Positions 47,102 through 56,944 are shown, counted from the first letter of the whole stretch. The stretch: 61,607 nucleotides of DNA, filler included, from 6 parts of 6 records of this genome joined end to end with filler, not necessarily neighbours in it; one strand, 5' to 3'. Numbers and translations are program-made. Notes: generated by a model not told the origin, from the sequence alone.

Positions 47102-47497
47102 TTACTTAATATATTCCACCCTTCTAAATCTAACTGCTTCCCAATCGGGATTTATTTTAAGATTTTTTACAGCTTCGTAGCGGTGTTTTAGAAGAGGTTG
47201 CCAATCATAAGCATCTGTTATATCTGTAGTTAGTTTTTCCGATTTTTTTCTAGGATGCGCAACCCAAAGCACCACGTCGTCTTTTAATTTTGGATGAAGC
47301 GTATGCACCTGATTTTCTAACTCTTCAATTGAAGAAACAAACACCAAGGCAAATTCCATTTTGTTTACCTGGATCAAAGATTGGTAAATATCTATATCAA
47401 TCAATTCTGCCAATTGCTCAGAAAAGCCTTCAGGCTCATTAATAATAAGAATTTCTTTCTGGTCTTCTAGTTTCAGCTTTTCAAATAGCGTTTTCAT
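47102..47497 (-). CDS. Conserved hypothetical protein (DUF3052-like)
   Basis: LFEKLKL, LWVAHPRK, TDIT and DWEAVRFR; ATG at 47497. Confidence 0.7.
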   Translation of the reverse strand: MKTLFEKLKLEDQKEILIINEPEGFSEQLAELIDIDIYQSLIQVNKMEFALVFVSSIEELENQVHTLHPKLKDDVVLWVAHPRKKSEKLTTDITDAYDWQPLLKHRYEAVKNLKINPDWEAVRFRRVEYIK

Positions 47498-47577
47498 CTT
47501 GTACAGCGGTTTGGATAATGTATACAAGTTAAAAAAAATATCGTCCCTTAACAAGCTTTATATTTTTGGAAGGTTAA

Positions 47578-47620
47578 GATTTGAAAATTTAAAGATTGAA
47601 GGATTGAAAGATTGAAAGAT
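47578..47620 (+). repeat. Degenerate 8-bp tandem repeat (GATTGAAA) at the contig end
   Basis: GATTTGAA AATTTAAA GATTGAAG GATTGAAA GATTGAAA GAT. Confidence 0.85.
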
Positions 47621-47720
47621 NNNNNNNNNNNNNNNNNNNNNNNNNNNNNNNNNNNNNNNNNNNNTTAATTAATTAANNNNNNNNNNNNNNNNNNNNNNNN
47701 NNNNNNNNNNNNNNNNNNNN
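47621..47720. other. Artificial contig linker
   Basis: N-run containing TTAATTAATTAA. Confidence 0.99.
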
Positions 47721-48482
47721 GCTATATGCTCCGTATGAAACGCTTCCCGACAGTTGATCTATATTGTCTTTCAGTACAATATTTATTACGCCAGCAATTG
47801 CATCACTACCATACTGTGCAGAAGCACCATCGCGAAGTACTTCAATTCTTTTAATGGAAGTTGCAGGAATTGCATTTAAGTCTGTACCGGTATTTCCGCG
47901 GCCACGTGTACCAAAAACATTGATTAATGAAGATTGGTGTCTTCTTTTGCCATTTATTAAAACTAAGGTTTGGTCGGGTCCTAAACCGCGCAATGATGCA
48001 GGGTCAATATGGTCTGCTCCATCAGACCCAGATTGTTTGCTTGCATTAAAGGAAGGTGCGGCATATTGTAAAAGTTCATTTATTTCAACTTTTCCCAATT
48101 GCAATGTTGTGGCTTCTACATCAATTACATCAATAGGTACAGCGGTATTTATAGCGGTTCTTTTTGGACTTCTTGAGCCAACAAGCATTACATCTTCTAA
48201 TGATTCTCCTTCAGAAAGTGTTATGGAAATTGTTGTTTGTCCATTTATTTCAACTTCTTGGGTATTAAAGCCCACATAGCTAAAGGTTAATGTTGCATTT
48301 TCAGCAACATCAATTGTAAAATCGCCATCAATAGTTGTTGTTGTTCCATTTGTAGTTCCTTTTTCAACAACATTAACAAAAGAAAGAGGAATGCCTGCAG
48401 CGTCCGTTATATTTCCTGTTACAGTAATTTGTGAAAAAGAAACCCCGCAAATAAAAAATAATAAAAGTGTAATTTTTTTCAT
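47721..48482 (-). CDS. TonB-dependent receptor, N-terminal part only
   Basis: Signal peptide, CarboxypepD-like domain, plug LRGLGPDQTLVLINGKRRH, IEVLRDGASAQYGSDAIAGVINI; cut by the linker. Confidence 0.92.
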
Positions 48483-48556
48483 TGGTTTTTGGTTTTATCG
48501 TTATACTTTTTGTTAAAGTTACTGTTTTAATATATTATTTTAAGGATTCTGTTTTG

Positions 48557-48595
48557 AAAAAAAAATCCGCTCACTTGTTAAGTGAACGGATTTTT
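48557..48595 (-). terminator. Terminator after the 48619-49092 gene
   Basis: AAAAATCCG-TCACTT...AAGTGA-CGGATTTTT stem with an A9 run. Confidence 0.75.
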
Positions 48596-48618
48596 AAAAT
48601 GTATGAGGAGAAGTATAT

Positions 48619-49092
48619 TTACTCTTTATCTAACTTAGCCATTCCATCTGGCCTTTTTGTTAATGCAGCACGTCTCTCTTCAAGTTCTTTTTGTTGTTGT
48701 TGCAGTTTTTCTTGACGAATTTTTTCTGCTGCCGCTGCTGCTGCTTCTTTTTGAGCTTTTATGGAACTTTCCAGTTGCATTTGTTGTTGCTCTTTTTTAA
48801 TAGCAACCATAGCTTCATTTTTTTTATCAATATTTATTTCATCTACAACTTTTTCATTACTGTCTTGTGAAGTAGTTTCACTAAATTCTTGATTTGTTTC
48901 ATCGTTCCCTTCTACAATTACTTCGCCAGTTTCGGTAAGAGTGCTTTTAATTTCCTTAATCTTTACATCGCTACCTTCTTTTGTAACAACACGTTTAATT
49001 GTTGATTCTTCTTTAACCGTTTTGCTTTCTTGGGCTTGAATGCCTGCGATTGTAAAAATCATAACAGCAAAACTCATAAGTACTTTTTTCAT
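48619..49092 (-). CDS. Hypothetical secreted, charged coiled-coil protein
   Basis: Signal peptide MKKVL..AQE; E/K/Q-rich C-terminus. Confidence 0.7.
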   Translation of the reverse strand: MKKVLMSFAVMIFTIAGIQAQESKTVKEESTIKRVVTKEGSDVKIKEIKSTLTETGEVIVEGNDETNQEFSETTSQDSNEKVVDEINIDKKNEAMVAIKKEQQQMQLESSIKAQKEAAAAAAEKIRQEKLQQQQKELEERRAALTKRPDGMAKLDKE

Positions 49093-49258
49093 AATCATCG
49101 GTTATTTATAGATTGAAGTGTAAATTTAATAGTATTATAGTTAAGTTATTGTGAATTTTAAGTGAAATAAAACACAAACTTTTTTCAAAAAAGCATTTAA
49201 ATTCAATAATAAAAGTCAGTTTTGAAGATGTATATTTGCACTCTAAAAAAATATTTTA

Positions 49259-50353
49259 ATGAAAGCAGGTATTGTAGGATTGCCAAACGTTGGGAAATCA
49301 ACACTTTTCAATTGTTTATCTAATGCAAAGGCACAAAGCGCAAATTTTCCTTTTTGTACAATCGAGCCTAATGTAGGTGTTGTAAATGTTCCTGATCCAA
49401 GGTTGTTAAAGCTAGAAGAATTGGTGAAGCCAGAACGTGTTTTGCCTGCAACAGTTGAAATTGTAGATATAGCTGGTCTTGTAAAAGGTGCAAGTAAAGG
49501 GGAAGGACTTGGAAATCAATTTTTGAGTAATATTCGTGAAACGGATGCTATTCTTCATGTGTTACGTTGCTTTGACAATGATAATATAGTGCATGTGGAT
49601 GGTAATGTAAACCCAATCCGTGATAAAGAAACTATAGACATTGAACTTCAATTGAAAGATTTAGAAACAGTCGACAAAAAACTTGAGAAAGTAAAACGTG
49701 CTGCACGAACAGGAAATAAAGATGCTCAAAAAGAAGAAGCTGCCTTACTAAAAGTTAAAGCGGGCCTTGAGGCTGGAGTTTCAGTTCGCGCTATAGATTT
49801 ATCTGACAGCGAACGTGAAGAATTTATTGTAAATGCACAGTTTATTACAGACAAACCCGTATTATATGTATGTAATGTAGATGAAGGGTCTGCAGCTAAC
49901 GGAAACGCCTACGTAGAAAAAGTTAAAGAAGCTGTTGCAAATGAAAATGCAGAGGTTTTGGTGCTTGCAGTTGGTACAGAAGCTGATATTACAGAACTAG
50001 AAACTTTTGAAGAACGCCAAATGTTTCTTGAAGATTTAGGCCTTGAAGAAGCTGGTTCAGCAAAATTAATACGTAGCGCATACAAATTACTTAATCTTCA
50101 AACTTACTTTACCGCCGGTGTAAAAGAAGTGCGCGCATGGACAATTCCTGTTGGTGCAACAGCTCCACAAGCAGCAGGAGTTATTCATACAGATTTTGAA
50201 AAAGGTTTTATTCGTGCTGAAGTAATTAAATATAATGATTACGAAACCTACGGAAGCGAAGCCAAAGTAAAAGAAGCAGGAAAGATGGGTGTGGAAGGTA
50301 AAGAATACGTCGTTAATGACGGAGATGTGATGCATTTTAGATTTAATGTATAA
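49259..50353 (+). CDS. ychF: Redox-regulated ATPase YchF
   Basis: [46 protein letters not shown]-terminus; TATATTTG -7 element at 49231-49238. Confidence 0.98.
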   Translation: MKAGIVGLPNVGKSTLFNCLSNAKAQSANFPFCTIEPNVGVVNVPDPRLLKLEELVKPERVLPATVEIVDIAGLVKGASKGEGLGNQFLSNIRETDAILHVLRCFDNDNIVHVDGNVNPIRDKETIDIELQLKDLETVDKKLEKVKRAARTGNKDAQKEEAALLKVKAGLEAGVSVRAIDLSDSEREEFIVNAQFITDKPVLYVCNVDEGSAANGNAYVEKVKEAVANENAEVLVLAVGTEADITELETFEERQMFLEDLGLEEAGSAKLIRSAYKLLNLQTYFTAGVKEVRAWTIPVGATAPQAAGVIHTDFEKGFIRAEVIKYNDYETYGSEAKVKEAGKMGVEGKEYVVNDGDVMHFRFNV

Positions 50354-50386
50354 AAAAAACGTCCCTAATTCTGGGACATTTTTTTT
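50352..50386. terminator. Bidirectional terminator
   Basis: A8-GTCCC-loop-GGGAC-T-run between convergent genes. Confidence 0.75.
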
Positions 50387-50399
50387 ATATTCATTTCTT

Positions 50400-51392
50400 T
50401 TAAAAACTTAAACTTATAGCCATCGCGTTATATTCATCACTATTAAAACTCATGCCGGTGGTTGGGTATATTTGTAAATTTTCATTGTCATTTTTATGAA
50501 GTTCAGGAATCAAAATTCCTGTTGCGGCACCTATAATATACCCTACCGTAACATCAGTTAAAAAGTGTTGACCTGCTTCTATTCTTAAATATGAAACACC
50601 AGCAGGAATTACAGCGGCTCCAGCCCAAACCCAAGTTTTTGCGGGCGATTCTGGATGATAATCATTATATACCTTAGCTGCAAAAAAAGTGGCTGATGCG
50701 GACGCTGCTACATGGCCAGCATAAAAAGACCGCTGTCCGTTGTTTTTTCTTCTCCTTTCATCATTTGTTTCTCCACTATCATCATATACATAAGGTCTTG
50801 ATCTGTTTAATAAGCCTGCGGTTAATGAGTACATGGTAGCGGTTGTGGCAAGAGTTTCTAGATAAAGTCCTAAAAATTGCCCAGTGTTATCATTGACTTT
50901 GTCATCTATAAGAAGTGTAAAAGGAGCAGCAAATGAAACTGCAAATGGAATATCACTTAACTTGCTTGCATTTGTAGAATGATTTCCAGCGGCCCATCTA
51001 TCAACAAAATTTATGTCGTCAATTGTTTTTTGGAGGTTTTCACCTTGATATTTTGCGAATTCAGCGTCAGTTAAATCATCTTTATTTTTTATAAAACTAA
51101 GACCGATTGCTGCACCTGCCAATCCAGCGCCAGTCCAAATACCATCACGAACCCATTTCCATTCATAAGGAGAGCCAGGTTTTGTGGTTAAGGTTGCGTT
51201 TCTGTTTTCTGTGAAGCTAATTTTCGGGGAAGCATTTTTATTTAAGTATAATTGATTTACAAAATTGGTTTGTTGTTTTAATACCAATGAATCGATACCG
51301 TTTTGAATTTTAAAAGCATGGTGAGTAATGCTCTTTTGTGCGTAAAAATGCGTCCCAAAAATTAACGCTACTATTAAAGTTAACTTTTCCAT
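50400..51392 (-). CDS. PAP2-family phosphatase (exported)
   Basis: RSRP, SFYAGH and RIEAGQHFLTDV catalytic motifs. Confidence 0.88.
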   Translation of the reverse strand: MEKLTLIVALIFGTHFYAQKSITHHAFKIQNGIDSLVLKQQTNFVNQLYLNKNASPKISFTENRNATLTTKPGSPYEWKWVRDGIWTGAGLAGAAIGLSFIKNKDDLTDAEFAKYQGENLQKTIDDINFVDRWAAGNHSTNASKLSDIPFAVSFAAPFTLLIDDKVNDNTGQFLGLYLETLATTATMYSLTAGLLNRSRPYVYDDSGETNDERRRKNNGQRSFYAGHVAASASATFFAAKVYNDYHPESPAKTWVWAGAAVIPAGVSYLRIEAGQHFLTDVTVGYIIGAATGILIPELHKNDNENLQIYPTTGMSFNSDEYNAMAISLSF

Positions 51393-51718
51393 AGATTATA
51401 AATTTATTGGAAAAGGTGCTGTATTTTAAGGGTTTTAACGCTTCGTTTGAAAAAGTTTAGGGATTTATTTAGGTTTGTATGTACTTTATTTTAATCCGTT
51501 TTTTAAATATTTTACAACTGTTTAATTGTTAGAATTTAAAGATTATTATTTTAAAAACTGAATGTTTTACGCTTCTTTAAATACTATTGATATTTGCTTG
51601 TAAGTAGCGGAAAAACAATTACTAACAATAAGCTCCTTTTTATTGTTAATTACTTTCCAAAGTATTGTTTTCACAAGTGCTCACGTTATTTTATATTAGC
51701 AACCCTACACTTATTTTT

Positions 51719-53191
51719 ATGGCAGAAACGCAATATACCGAAGACAATATACGCTCGCTCGACTGGAAAGAGCATATCCGTATGCGCCCAGGAATGTACA
51801 TTGGTAAACTAGGCGACGGTTCTTCACCAGACGATGGAATTTATATTCTTTTGAAAGAAATAATAGATAACTGTATCGATGAATTCGTAATGGGTACTGG
51901 TAAAACAATTGAGGTACGCATAAAAGACAAAGAAGTAAAAGTACGTGATTATGGTCGTGGAATTCCACTGGGGAAAGTGATTGATGTTGTTTCAAAAATG
52001 AATACCGGAGGAAAATATGATAGCCGCGCGTTTAAGAAATCTGTTGGTTTAAACGGGGTTGGTACAAAAGCAGTTAACGCCCTTTCTTCTTTTTTTAAGG
52101 TAGAGTCTATTCGTGAAAATCAAATGAAAGCCGCAGAGTTTTCACTTGGAGAGCTTAAAAATGATTTAGCGGTAGAGGAAACTACAAAGAGAAAAGGAAC
52201 GAAAGTAGTTTTTGTTCCAGACGAAAGTATTTTCAAAAATTTTAAATTCCGCACAGAATATGTGCAAAAAATGCTTAAAAACTATGTCTACCTTAATCCG
52301 GGACTGACAATAGATTTTAACGGTGAAAAGTTCTATTCTGAAAACGGTTTAAAAGATCTTTTACAGGAAACAATTACGGAAGAAGACAGTGCGTATCCAA
52401 TAATTCATCTTCGCGGTGAAGATATTGAAATAGCAATGACGCACAGTAAAACACAATATAGTGAGGAATATCACAGTTTTGTAAACGGACAAAATACAAC
52501 ACAAGGCGGAACGCATTTAGCTGCTTTTAGAGAAGCTTTAGTGAAAACCGTTCGTGAATTTTACAATAAAAATTACGATGCCAGCGATGTGCGAAAATCT
52601 ATCGTAACCGCAATTAGCATCAAGGTAACGGAGCCTGTTTTTGAAAGTCAAACAAAAACAAAACTTGGTTCAACCGACATGGGTGGCGACTTGCCAACGG
52701 TTCGAACTTTTATAAATGACTTCGTAAAAACGCAGCTGGATAATTACCTACATAAAAATCCAGAAACTGCAGATGCAATTCAGCGTAAAATTGTTCAAGC
52801 GGAACGCGAACGAAAAGAGCTAAGCGGAATCCGTAAACTAGCAAAGGATCGTGCTAAAAAAGCCAACCTTCACAATAAAAAATTACGTGATTGCCGTGTG
52901 CATTTGGCAGATATAAAAAATGAACGGAATCTGGAGTCTACACTGTTTATAACCGAGGGAGATTCTGCGAGTGGAAGTATCACCAAAAGTAGAGATGTAA
53001 ACACCCAAGCCGTTTTTTCACTTCGAGGAAAACCGTTGAATACGTACGGAATGACCAAGAAAATTGTTTATGAAAATGAAGAGTTCAACCTTCTGCAAGC
53101 TGCATTGAATATAGAAGATTCGATGGAAGATTTGCGTTACAATAATATAGTAATTGCAACAGATGCCGATGTGGATGGAATGCACATTCGC
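51719..53191 (+). CDS. parE: DNA topoisomerase IV subunit B (truncated by the contig end)
   Basis: [58 protein letters not shown]; Bacteroidota ParE type. Confidence 0.92.
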
Positions 53192-53291
53192 NNNNNNNNN
53201 NNNNNNNNNNNNNNNNNNNNNNNNNNNNNNNNNNNTTAATTAATTAANNNNNNNNNNNNNNNNNNNNNNNNNNNNNNNNNNNNNNNNNNNN
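53192..53291. other. Artificial contig linker
   Basis: N-run containing TTAATTAATTAA. Confidence 0.99.
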
Positions 53292-53334
53292 GCGCGGCCT
53301 TTCTTCGCTTCGCTCAGTGCGTGAATCTTTGACC

Positions 53335-53352
53335 ATTTCGGCACGCCGAAAT
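53335..53352. promoter_or_regulatory. 18-bp palindrome, copy 1 (candidate parS)
   Basis: ATTTCGGCACGCCGAAAT; 1 mismatch to ATTTCGGCGCGCCGAAAT. Confidence 0.65.
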
Positions 53353-53381
53353 AGCCTTAATGGTTTCATCGGGCGGTAACG

Positions 53382-53702
53382 TCAAGCGGCAACCACAGAA
53401 ACGCGACCTGGTGTGTCGGGATGTGAGTCATCACCAATGATGATCTGAACATCCCGACCAAGGCGAGTGAGGCATTCCAGCATTTTAGCTTCGCTGATGC
53501 CCCGGAGCTGGCCGCGTAATATTCCCGAAAGCTTGGGTTGAGAAATGCCCAGAACTTCTGAGGCATGAGCTTGTGTCCAGCCGCGATCCTGGAAAATTGC
53601 AGAGATTTGCCGCGCCAGTTGAGCCTTTACTAGCATTTCATCGGCGTTTTCAAAGCCAAGATCTGCAAAAACGTTATTGCTGCCTTTTTCAATTGTGGTC
53701 AT
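53382..53702 (-). CDS. XRE/HTH antitoxin (HigA-like)
   Basis: GSNNVFADLG...TQAHASEVLGISQPKLS...LGRDVQI; 4-bp overlap with the upstream toxin gene. Confidence 0.9.
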   Translation of the reverse strand: MTTIEKGSNNVFADLGFENADEMLVKAQLARQISAIFQDRGWTQAHASEVLGISQPKLSGILRGQLRGISEAKMLECLTRLGRDVQIIIGDDSHPDTPGRVSVVAA

Positions 53703-54061
53703 TTTCCACCTCCCTCGGCGTGTTCTTTCGCTGCTTTCAGGCGTTCATTGATAATATTCATGTCGGGCTTCGGTGTTGCAATGCCCTTGGATGACTTTTT
53801 CTGGAAACAGTGGAGGACATACACGGCATTGCCATACTTCACTGTGTAGACAGCCCGGTAAGTGCCGTTTTCATCACTCTCAACGACCTCTAGAACCCCT
53901 GCTCCACCATACCCTTTTAAAGGTTTGGCCTGGCCATGTTTGTCGCCAGCCTGTGCCAAATGAAGTGCATAGCCAAATACTGACTTCACGTCTTCAGGCA
54001 TGCTTACCAGATCTTTTTTGGACGATCCTATCCAGAACAGTTGTTTCATCTGTGATTCCAT
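53699..54061 (-). CDS. RelE/HigB-like toxin (Gp49/DUF891 type)
   Basis: WIGSSKKDL, AKPLKGYGGAGVLEV, TYRAVY and VLHCFQKKS motifs; toxin-first order; start may be 54049. Confidence 0.9.
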   Translation of the reverse strand: MESQMKQLFWIGSSKKDLVSMPEDVKSVFGYALHLAQAGDKHGQAKPLKGYGGAGVLEVVESDENGTYRAVYTVKYGNAVYVLHCFQKKSSKGIATPKPDMNIINERLKAAKEHAEGGGK

Positions 54062-54067
54062 AATCCT

Positions 54068-54096
54068 AATTATACCTATTTAGGTATAATTTACAA
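54068..54096 (-). promoter_or_regulatory. TA promoter with overlapping palindromic operator
   Basis: AATTATACCTA-TT-TAGGTATAATT (11-bp arms) covers the minus-strand TATAAT; TTGTAA -35 at 54091-54096. Confidence 0.8.
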
Positions 54097-54119
54097 CCGC
54101 CCAAGCGTTTTATAGAGCA

Positions 54120-54137
54120 ATTTCGGCGCGCCGTAAT
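54120..54137. promoter_or_regulatory. 18-bp palindrome, copy 2 (candidate parS)
   Basis: ATTTCGGCGCGCCGTAAT; 1 mismatch to the consensus. Confidence 0.65.
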
Positions 54138-54159
54138 GCACAGAAAAACGGATTTACCA

Positions 54160-54188
54160 TTGAATAAATACCAGTATGGTATTACACT
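54160..54188 (+). promoter_or_regulatory. Sigma-70 promoter with an operator in the spacer
   Basis: TTGAAT-17 nt-TACACT; AATACCA-GTA-TGGTATT palindrome at 54167-54183. Confidence 0.72.
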
Positions 54189-54267
54189 GTTTTTACTGGT
54201 TAGGGAAACCACCACCACGAAATGTCCCGGCCAGTTTGATCCTTCGACTGAATAACGAGAGGTAGTT

Positions 54268-54951
54268 ATGACATTTTCTATTATTGAATCCCTGGAAACG
54301 GCCAATGATTGGCACGAGGTTCTTTCTGGTTCGGAATTTTACGTGCAGGATCGGGAAGTGAAGATCAGCGTTTGGGGCATGGGGCTTCACCGTTCAATGA
54401 CGATTACACGGCTGGAAAATGCGCTGAAGATTGGGACAGAGTGCGAGCGCTTTAGCTTTGATTTTCCGGTGAACTCTGAAAGAGGGCTCTGGCACTTTAT
54501 TCGAGATATTGATTTTAGTTTGGCGCAGCTGCTTGATGTGCTGGCGAGTGTGGATTTTGATCAGGGACGGCCCGAGCTTTTTGGTGCCAGCGTCAACGCG
54601 GGTTCAGAAGCTGCCATCCGAGTCTTTAGCCCCTTTCGCCTAGAGCGGCTGAAACGTTTGAATCGCCTGCCGGCTAAATGGACGGTAAAGCATGCCCTGA
54701 GAGTCATCGCCAATGGTCAGTATGACTCATTGCGTTGTCGCGGGCAGTACACGGATGATTATGCTCTCGATGCAGCGCGGAACTACGGCGAAGGTGAGAT
54801 TAACGCCGCCCTCCCCTTTGTTCAGAAAATCATTGAATCACCTTCTGGGTGGCGGGTATACGATGACGGCAACGGCAGGGTTGGCCTGTGTTGCCATCAT
54901 TTCGACAACAATGAAATCCGGGTGAACCTGGAGGCGTCCCGTGCAGCATGA
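54268..54951 (+). CDS. Hypothetical plasmid-backbone protein
   Basis: 227 aa, GAGAGG RBS, distinctive YTDDYALDAARN segment; no family recognised. Confidence 0.75.
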   Translation: MTFSIIESLETANDWHEVLSGSEFYVQDREVKISVWGMGLHRSMTITRLENALKIGTECERFSFDFPVNSERGLWHFIRDIDFSLAQLLDVLASVDFDQGRPELFGASVNAGSEAAIRVFSPFRLERLKRLNRLPAKWTVKHALRVIANGQYDSLRCRGQYTDDYALDAARNYGEGEINAALPFVQKIIESPSGWRVYDDGNGRVGLCCHHFDNNEIRVNLEASRAA

Positions 54952-55324
54952 CCTGATCTGTCAGGACAAAGTATGGGGCGTGATTTTAAACATGGAGAGC
55001 GCTTTGACATACGATCAAACTAAAGCCGGACCGGGGCGCCCTAGAGCGCCCCGGTCCGAGACTCCCAATCTCATCAGCTCCTGGCGCACTTTTCATGGTG
55101 AGCTTGATTTGGCAGCGCTGGACACACTGAACGAAGATCTGGGGTCACGTTACATCATGTCCAGGGTCGCGGAATGGGAGCGAGGCGGCAGACAACCAAA
55201 TGCCGCCGTCGTTAACTATATGATTGCGGACGTATTGCCTGGCCTTCTGAAAGAGGCAGGCTTAACAGAGGATGTGGCGAGTCGGATCACCGATATGGTC
55301 ACGCTGCCAGAGCCAAGGCATTAG
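54941..55324 (+). CDS. Small putative DNA-binding protein (XRE-like HTH)
   Basis: SRVAEWERGGRQPNAAVVNYM helix-turn-helix-like segment and GRPR motif; start GTG 54941 or ATG 54992. Confidence 0.6.
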   Translation: MQHDLICQDKVWGVILNMESALTYDQTKAGPGRPRAPRSETPNLISSWRTFHGELDLAALDTLNEDLGSRYIMSRVAEWERGGRQPNAAVVNYMIADVLPGLLKEAGLTEDVASRITDMVTLPEPRH

Positions 55325-55338
55325 CCCAAGGAGTTCAC

Positions 55339-56289
55339 ATGCTTTCACGGAATGATGAGCTGGAACGGTTTAAAACTGATATTAACCTGGCTGAGTTGGC
55401 TGCAGCCTATGGTTATAAGCGAAACCCTCAGAAAAGCACCCGGGCCACGCTTTCGTTAGAGGATGAGGCAGGTAATCACCTGGTTGTATCTGTGAATCCC
55501 GGCAACGGGCATTGGCGCTGGTTCAATCCGATCGATGAGTCCCAGGCCGGAACAGTGGTCGATTTCCTGCAAACGGTAGAGCAAATATCGTTGGGCGAAG
55601 TGCGCAAAATTTTGCGGGAATGGATGCAGACGCCCGCGCCAGCTATTCGCACGATTGATAAACCCAAAGCACAGAAGAAGGACCGTAAGGAAGTAGCTGC
55701 GTTCCTGGAACGATTTGATCCAGTTCAGCAGTCGTCCTTTGCCGAGTCTCGCGGGATCTCTCAGGGAACGTTGACTGCCCCACCCTTTCAGGGGCGGATT
55801 CTGAAGGGTTTTAAAGGCGCACTGATCTTTCCGCATTGGGACGACAAAGGTCTGTGTGGCTACGAAGTCAAAACCTTCGGTTTTACTTCCTTTTCAAGCA
55901 AAGGTTACAAATCGCTATGGGTTAGCCGTGTTCCGTCCAATCTGATGCAAATTGTCATTGCTGAGTCGGGCATTGAGGCATTGAGTTACTACCAGATCCG
56001 AGAGCCCCGGCACACGCTCTTTGCTTCAGCAGGGGGGAACTGGTCAAAGGATGTGGCAGACCGCTTGCAAACGTTGATGAGGCGCTATCCGGACGCTGAA
56101 ATTGTGGGAGCGTTCAATCACGATAGTGGTGGGCGGCGACAAAGTGAGCGATTGGCTGCTTTGGCAGCGGAGGCAGGTAATCGATACCGGGACGACCTGC
56201 CGCCTGTTGAGGGAGCGGACTGGAACGATATGATTAACGACAAATTCGGCGCGCCGAAATGCGGCGATGGGGAGAAAAGGAATGGGTAA
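55339..56289 (+). CDS. DUF3991/TOPRIM primase-like protein
   Basis: FKTDINL..LA...GY, GTVVDF, RGIS, FPH, GYE, IAESGIEALSY and DWND; AGGAG RBS. Confidence 0.82.
   Translation: MLSRNDELERFKTDINLAELAAAYGYKRNPQKSTRATLSLEDEAGNHLVVSVNPGNGHWRWFNPIDESQAGTVVDFLQTVEQISLGEVRKILREWMQTPAPAIRTIDKPKAQKKDRKEVAAFLERFDPVQQSSFAESRGISQGTLTAPPFQGRILKGFKGALIFPHWDDKGLCGYEVKTFGFTSFSSKGYKSLWVSRVPSNLMQIVIAESGIEALSYYQIREPRHTLFASAGGNWSKDVADRLQTLMRRYPDAEIVGAFNHDSGGRRQSERLAALAAEAGNRYRDDLPPVEGADWNDMINDKFGAPKCGDGEKRNG
56243..56260. promoter_or_regulatory. 18-bp palindrome, copy 3 (candidate parS), just upstream of parA
   Basis: AATTCGGCGCGCCGAAAT; 1 mismatch to the consensus; 21 nt before the parA ATG. Confidence 0.68.
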
Positions 56290-56944
56290 AGTAATTTCGT
56301 TTATTAATGATAAAGGCGGTGTCACGAAAAGCACGTCCACCGTGTGCCTGGCGTCGTTCTTTATGAGCGAAGGCAAGCGGGTGGCTGTCGTCGATGTTGA
56401 TGCGCGGCATAGCTGCCTGGACTGGTCCGCTATGGCTGATCAGGGTGGCCACCCTACCCCGCTGATGGTTGGGAACAGCCACAACAATGCCGGTAGTCAG
56501 ATTACGAAGCTCAAGGAAGACTATGACTATGTTCTGGTGGATGGCATGAGTTCTTTTGTCACCAGTGGTCGCCGTGACGTGATCGCCAGTATCATCAAGG
56601 CCTCTGATTACATATTGATTCCCAGCCTGCCAAATCCATTTGATCTATGGGCGCTCGCTGAGCTGACGGACATGATCAAGAGCCGACAGGAAATCACTGA
56701 CGGCCTGCCCAAAACATGGATTTTTGGGTCAGCCGTTCGGGATAACACGAACGAATGGAAGGAGTTCGTAAACGCCAAGGATGAAGCGCCCTTCCCGCTT
56801 TTGAATGCCTATCTTCCTTACGCTGTCGATTTTCCGCGCACAACCGGAAAAGGACAAAGCCCCATGATGTTGCCGGAAACCAATAAGAATCGAAAAGCGT
56901 TGGTTGCGTGGGCAAACGAAATCAAGGAGATCACGAATGAATAG
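56282..56944 (+). CDS. parA: ParA-family partition ATPase (short plasmid type)
   Basis: KGGVTKST deviant Walker A, VVDVD, YDYVLVDG, ILIPSLP. Confidence 0.88.
   Translation: MGKVISFINDKGGVTKSTSTVCLASFFMSEGKRVAVVDVDARHSCLDWSAMADQGGHPTPLMVGNSHNNAGSQITKLKEDYDYVLVDGMSSFVTSGRRDVIASIIKASDYILIPSLPNPFDLWALAELTDMIKSRQEITDGLPKTWIFGSAVRDNTNEWKEFVNAKDEAPFPLLNAYLPYAVDFPRTTGKGQSPMMLPETNKNRKALVAWANEIKEITNE

Noticed and set aside
47764-48279. 171-aa plus-strand ORF and the many other short antisense ORFs in the track
   Set aside because: They are shadows of well-supported genes on the opposite strand, with no motifs of their own.
47673-48482. TonB receptor and parE as pseudogenes, or ORFs ending in X-runs
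   Set aside because: The truncations are at contig ends; there are no internal stops or frameshifts.
48670-48800. TTG/CTG-like triplet runs
   Set aside because: Explained by poly-Gln and poly-Ala stretches in the encoded coiled-coil protein.
54066-54390. Short minus-strand ORFs (79 and 65 aa) upstream of the toxin gene
   Set aside because: They overlap clear promoters and operators and the start of the 227-aa gene; no recognisable protein features.
53335-56260. Palindrome copies as a CRISPR array or integron attC sites
   Set aside because: Spacing is irregular (785 and 2123 bp), there are no cas or integrase genes and no attC core sites.
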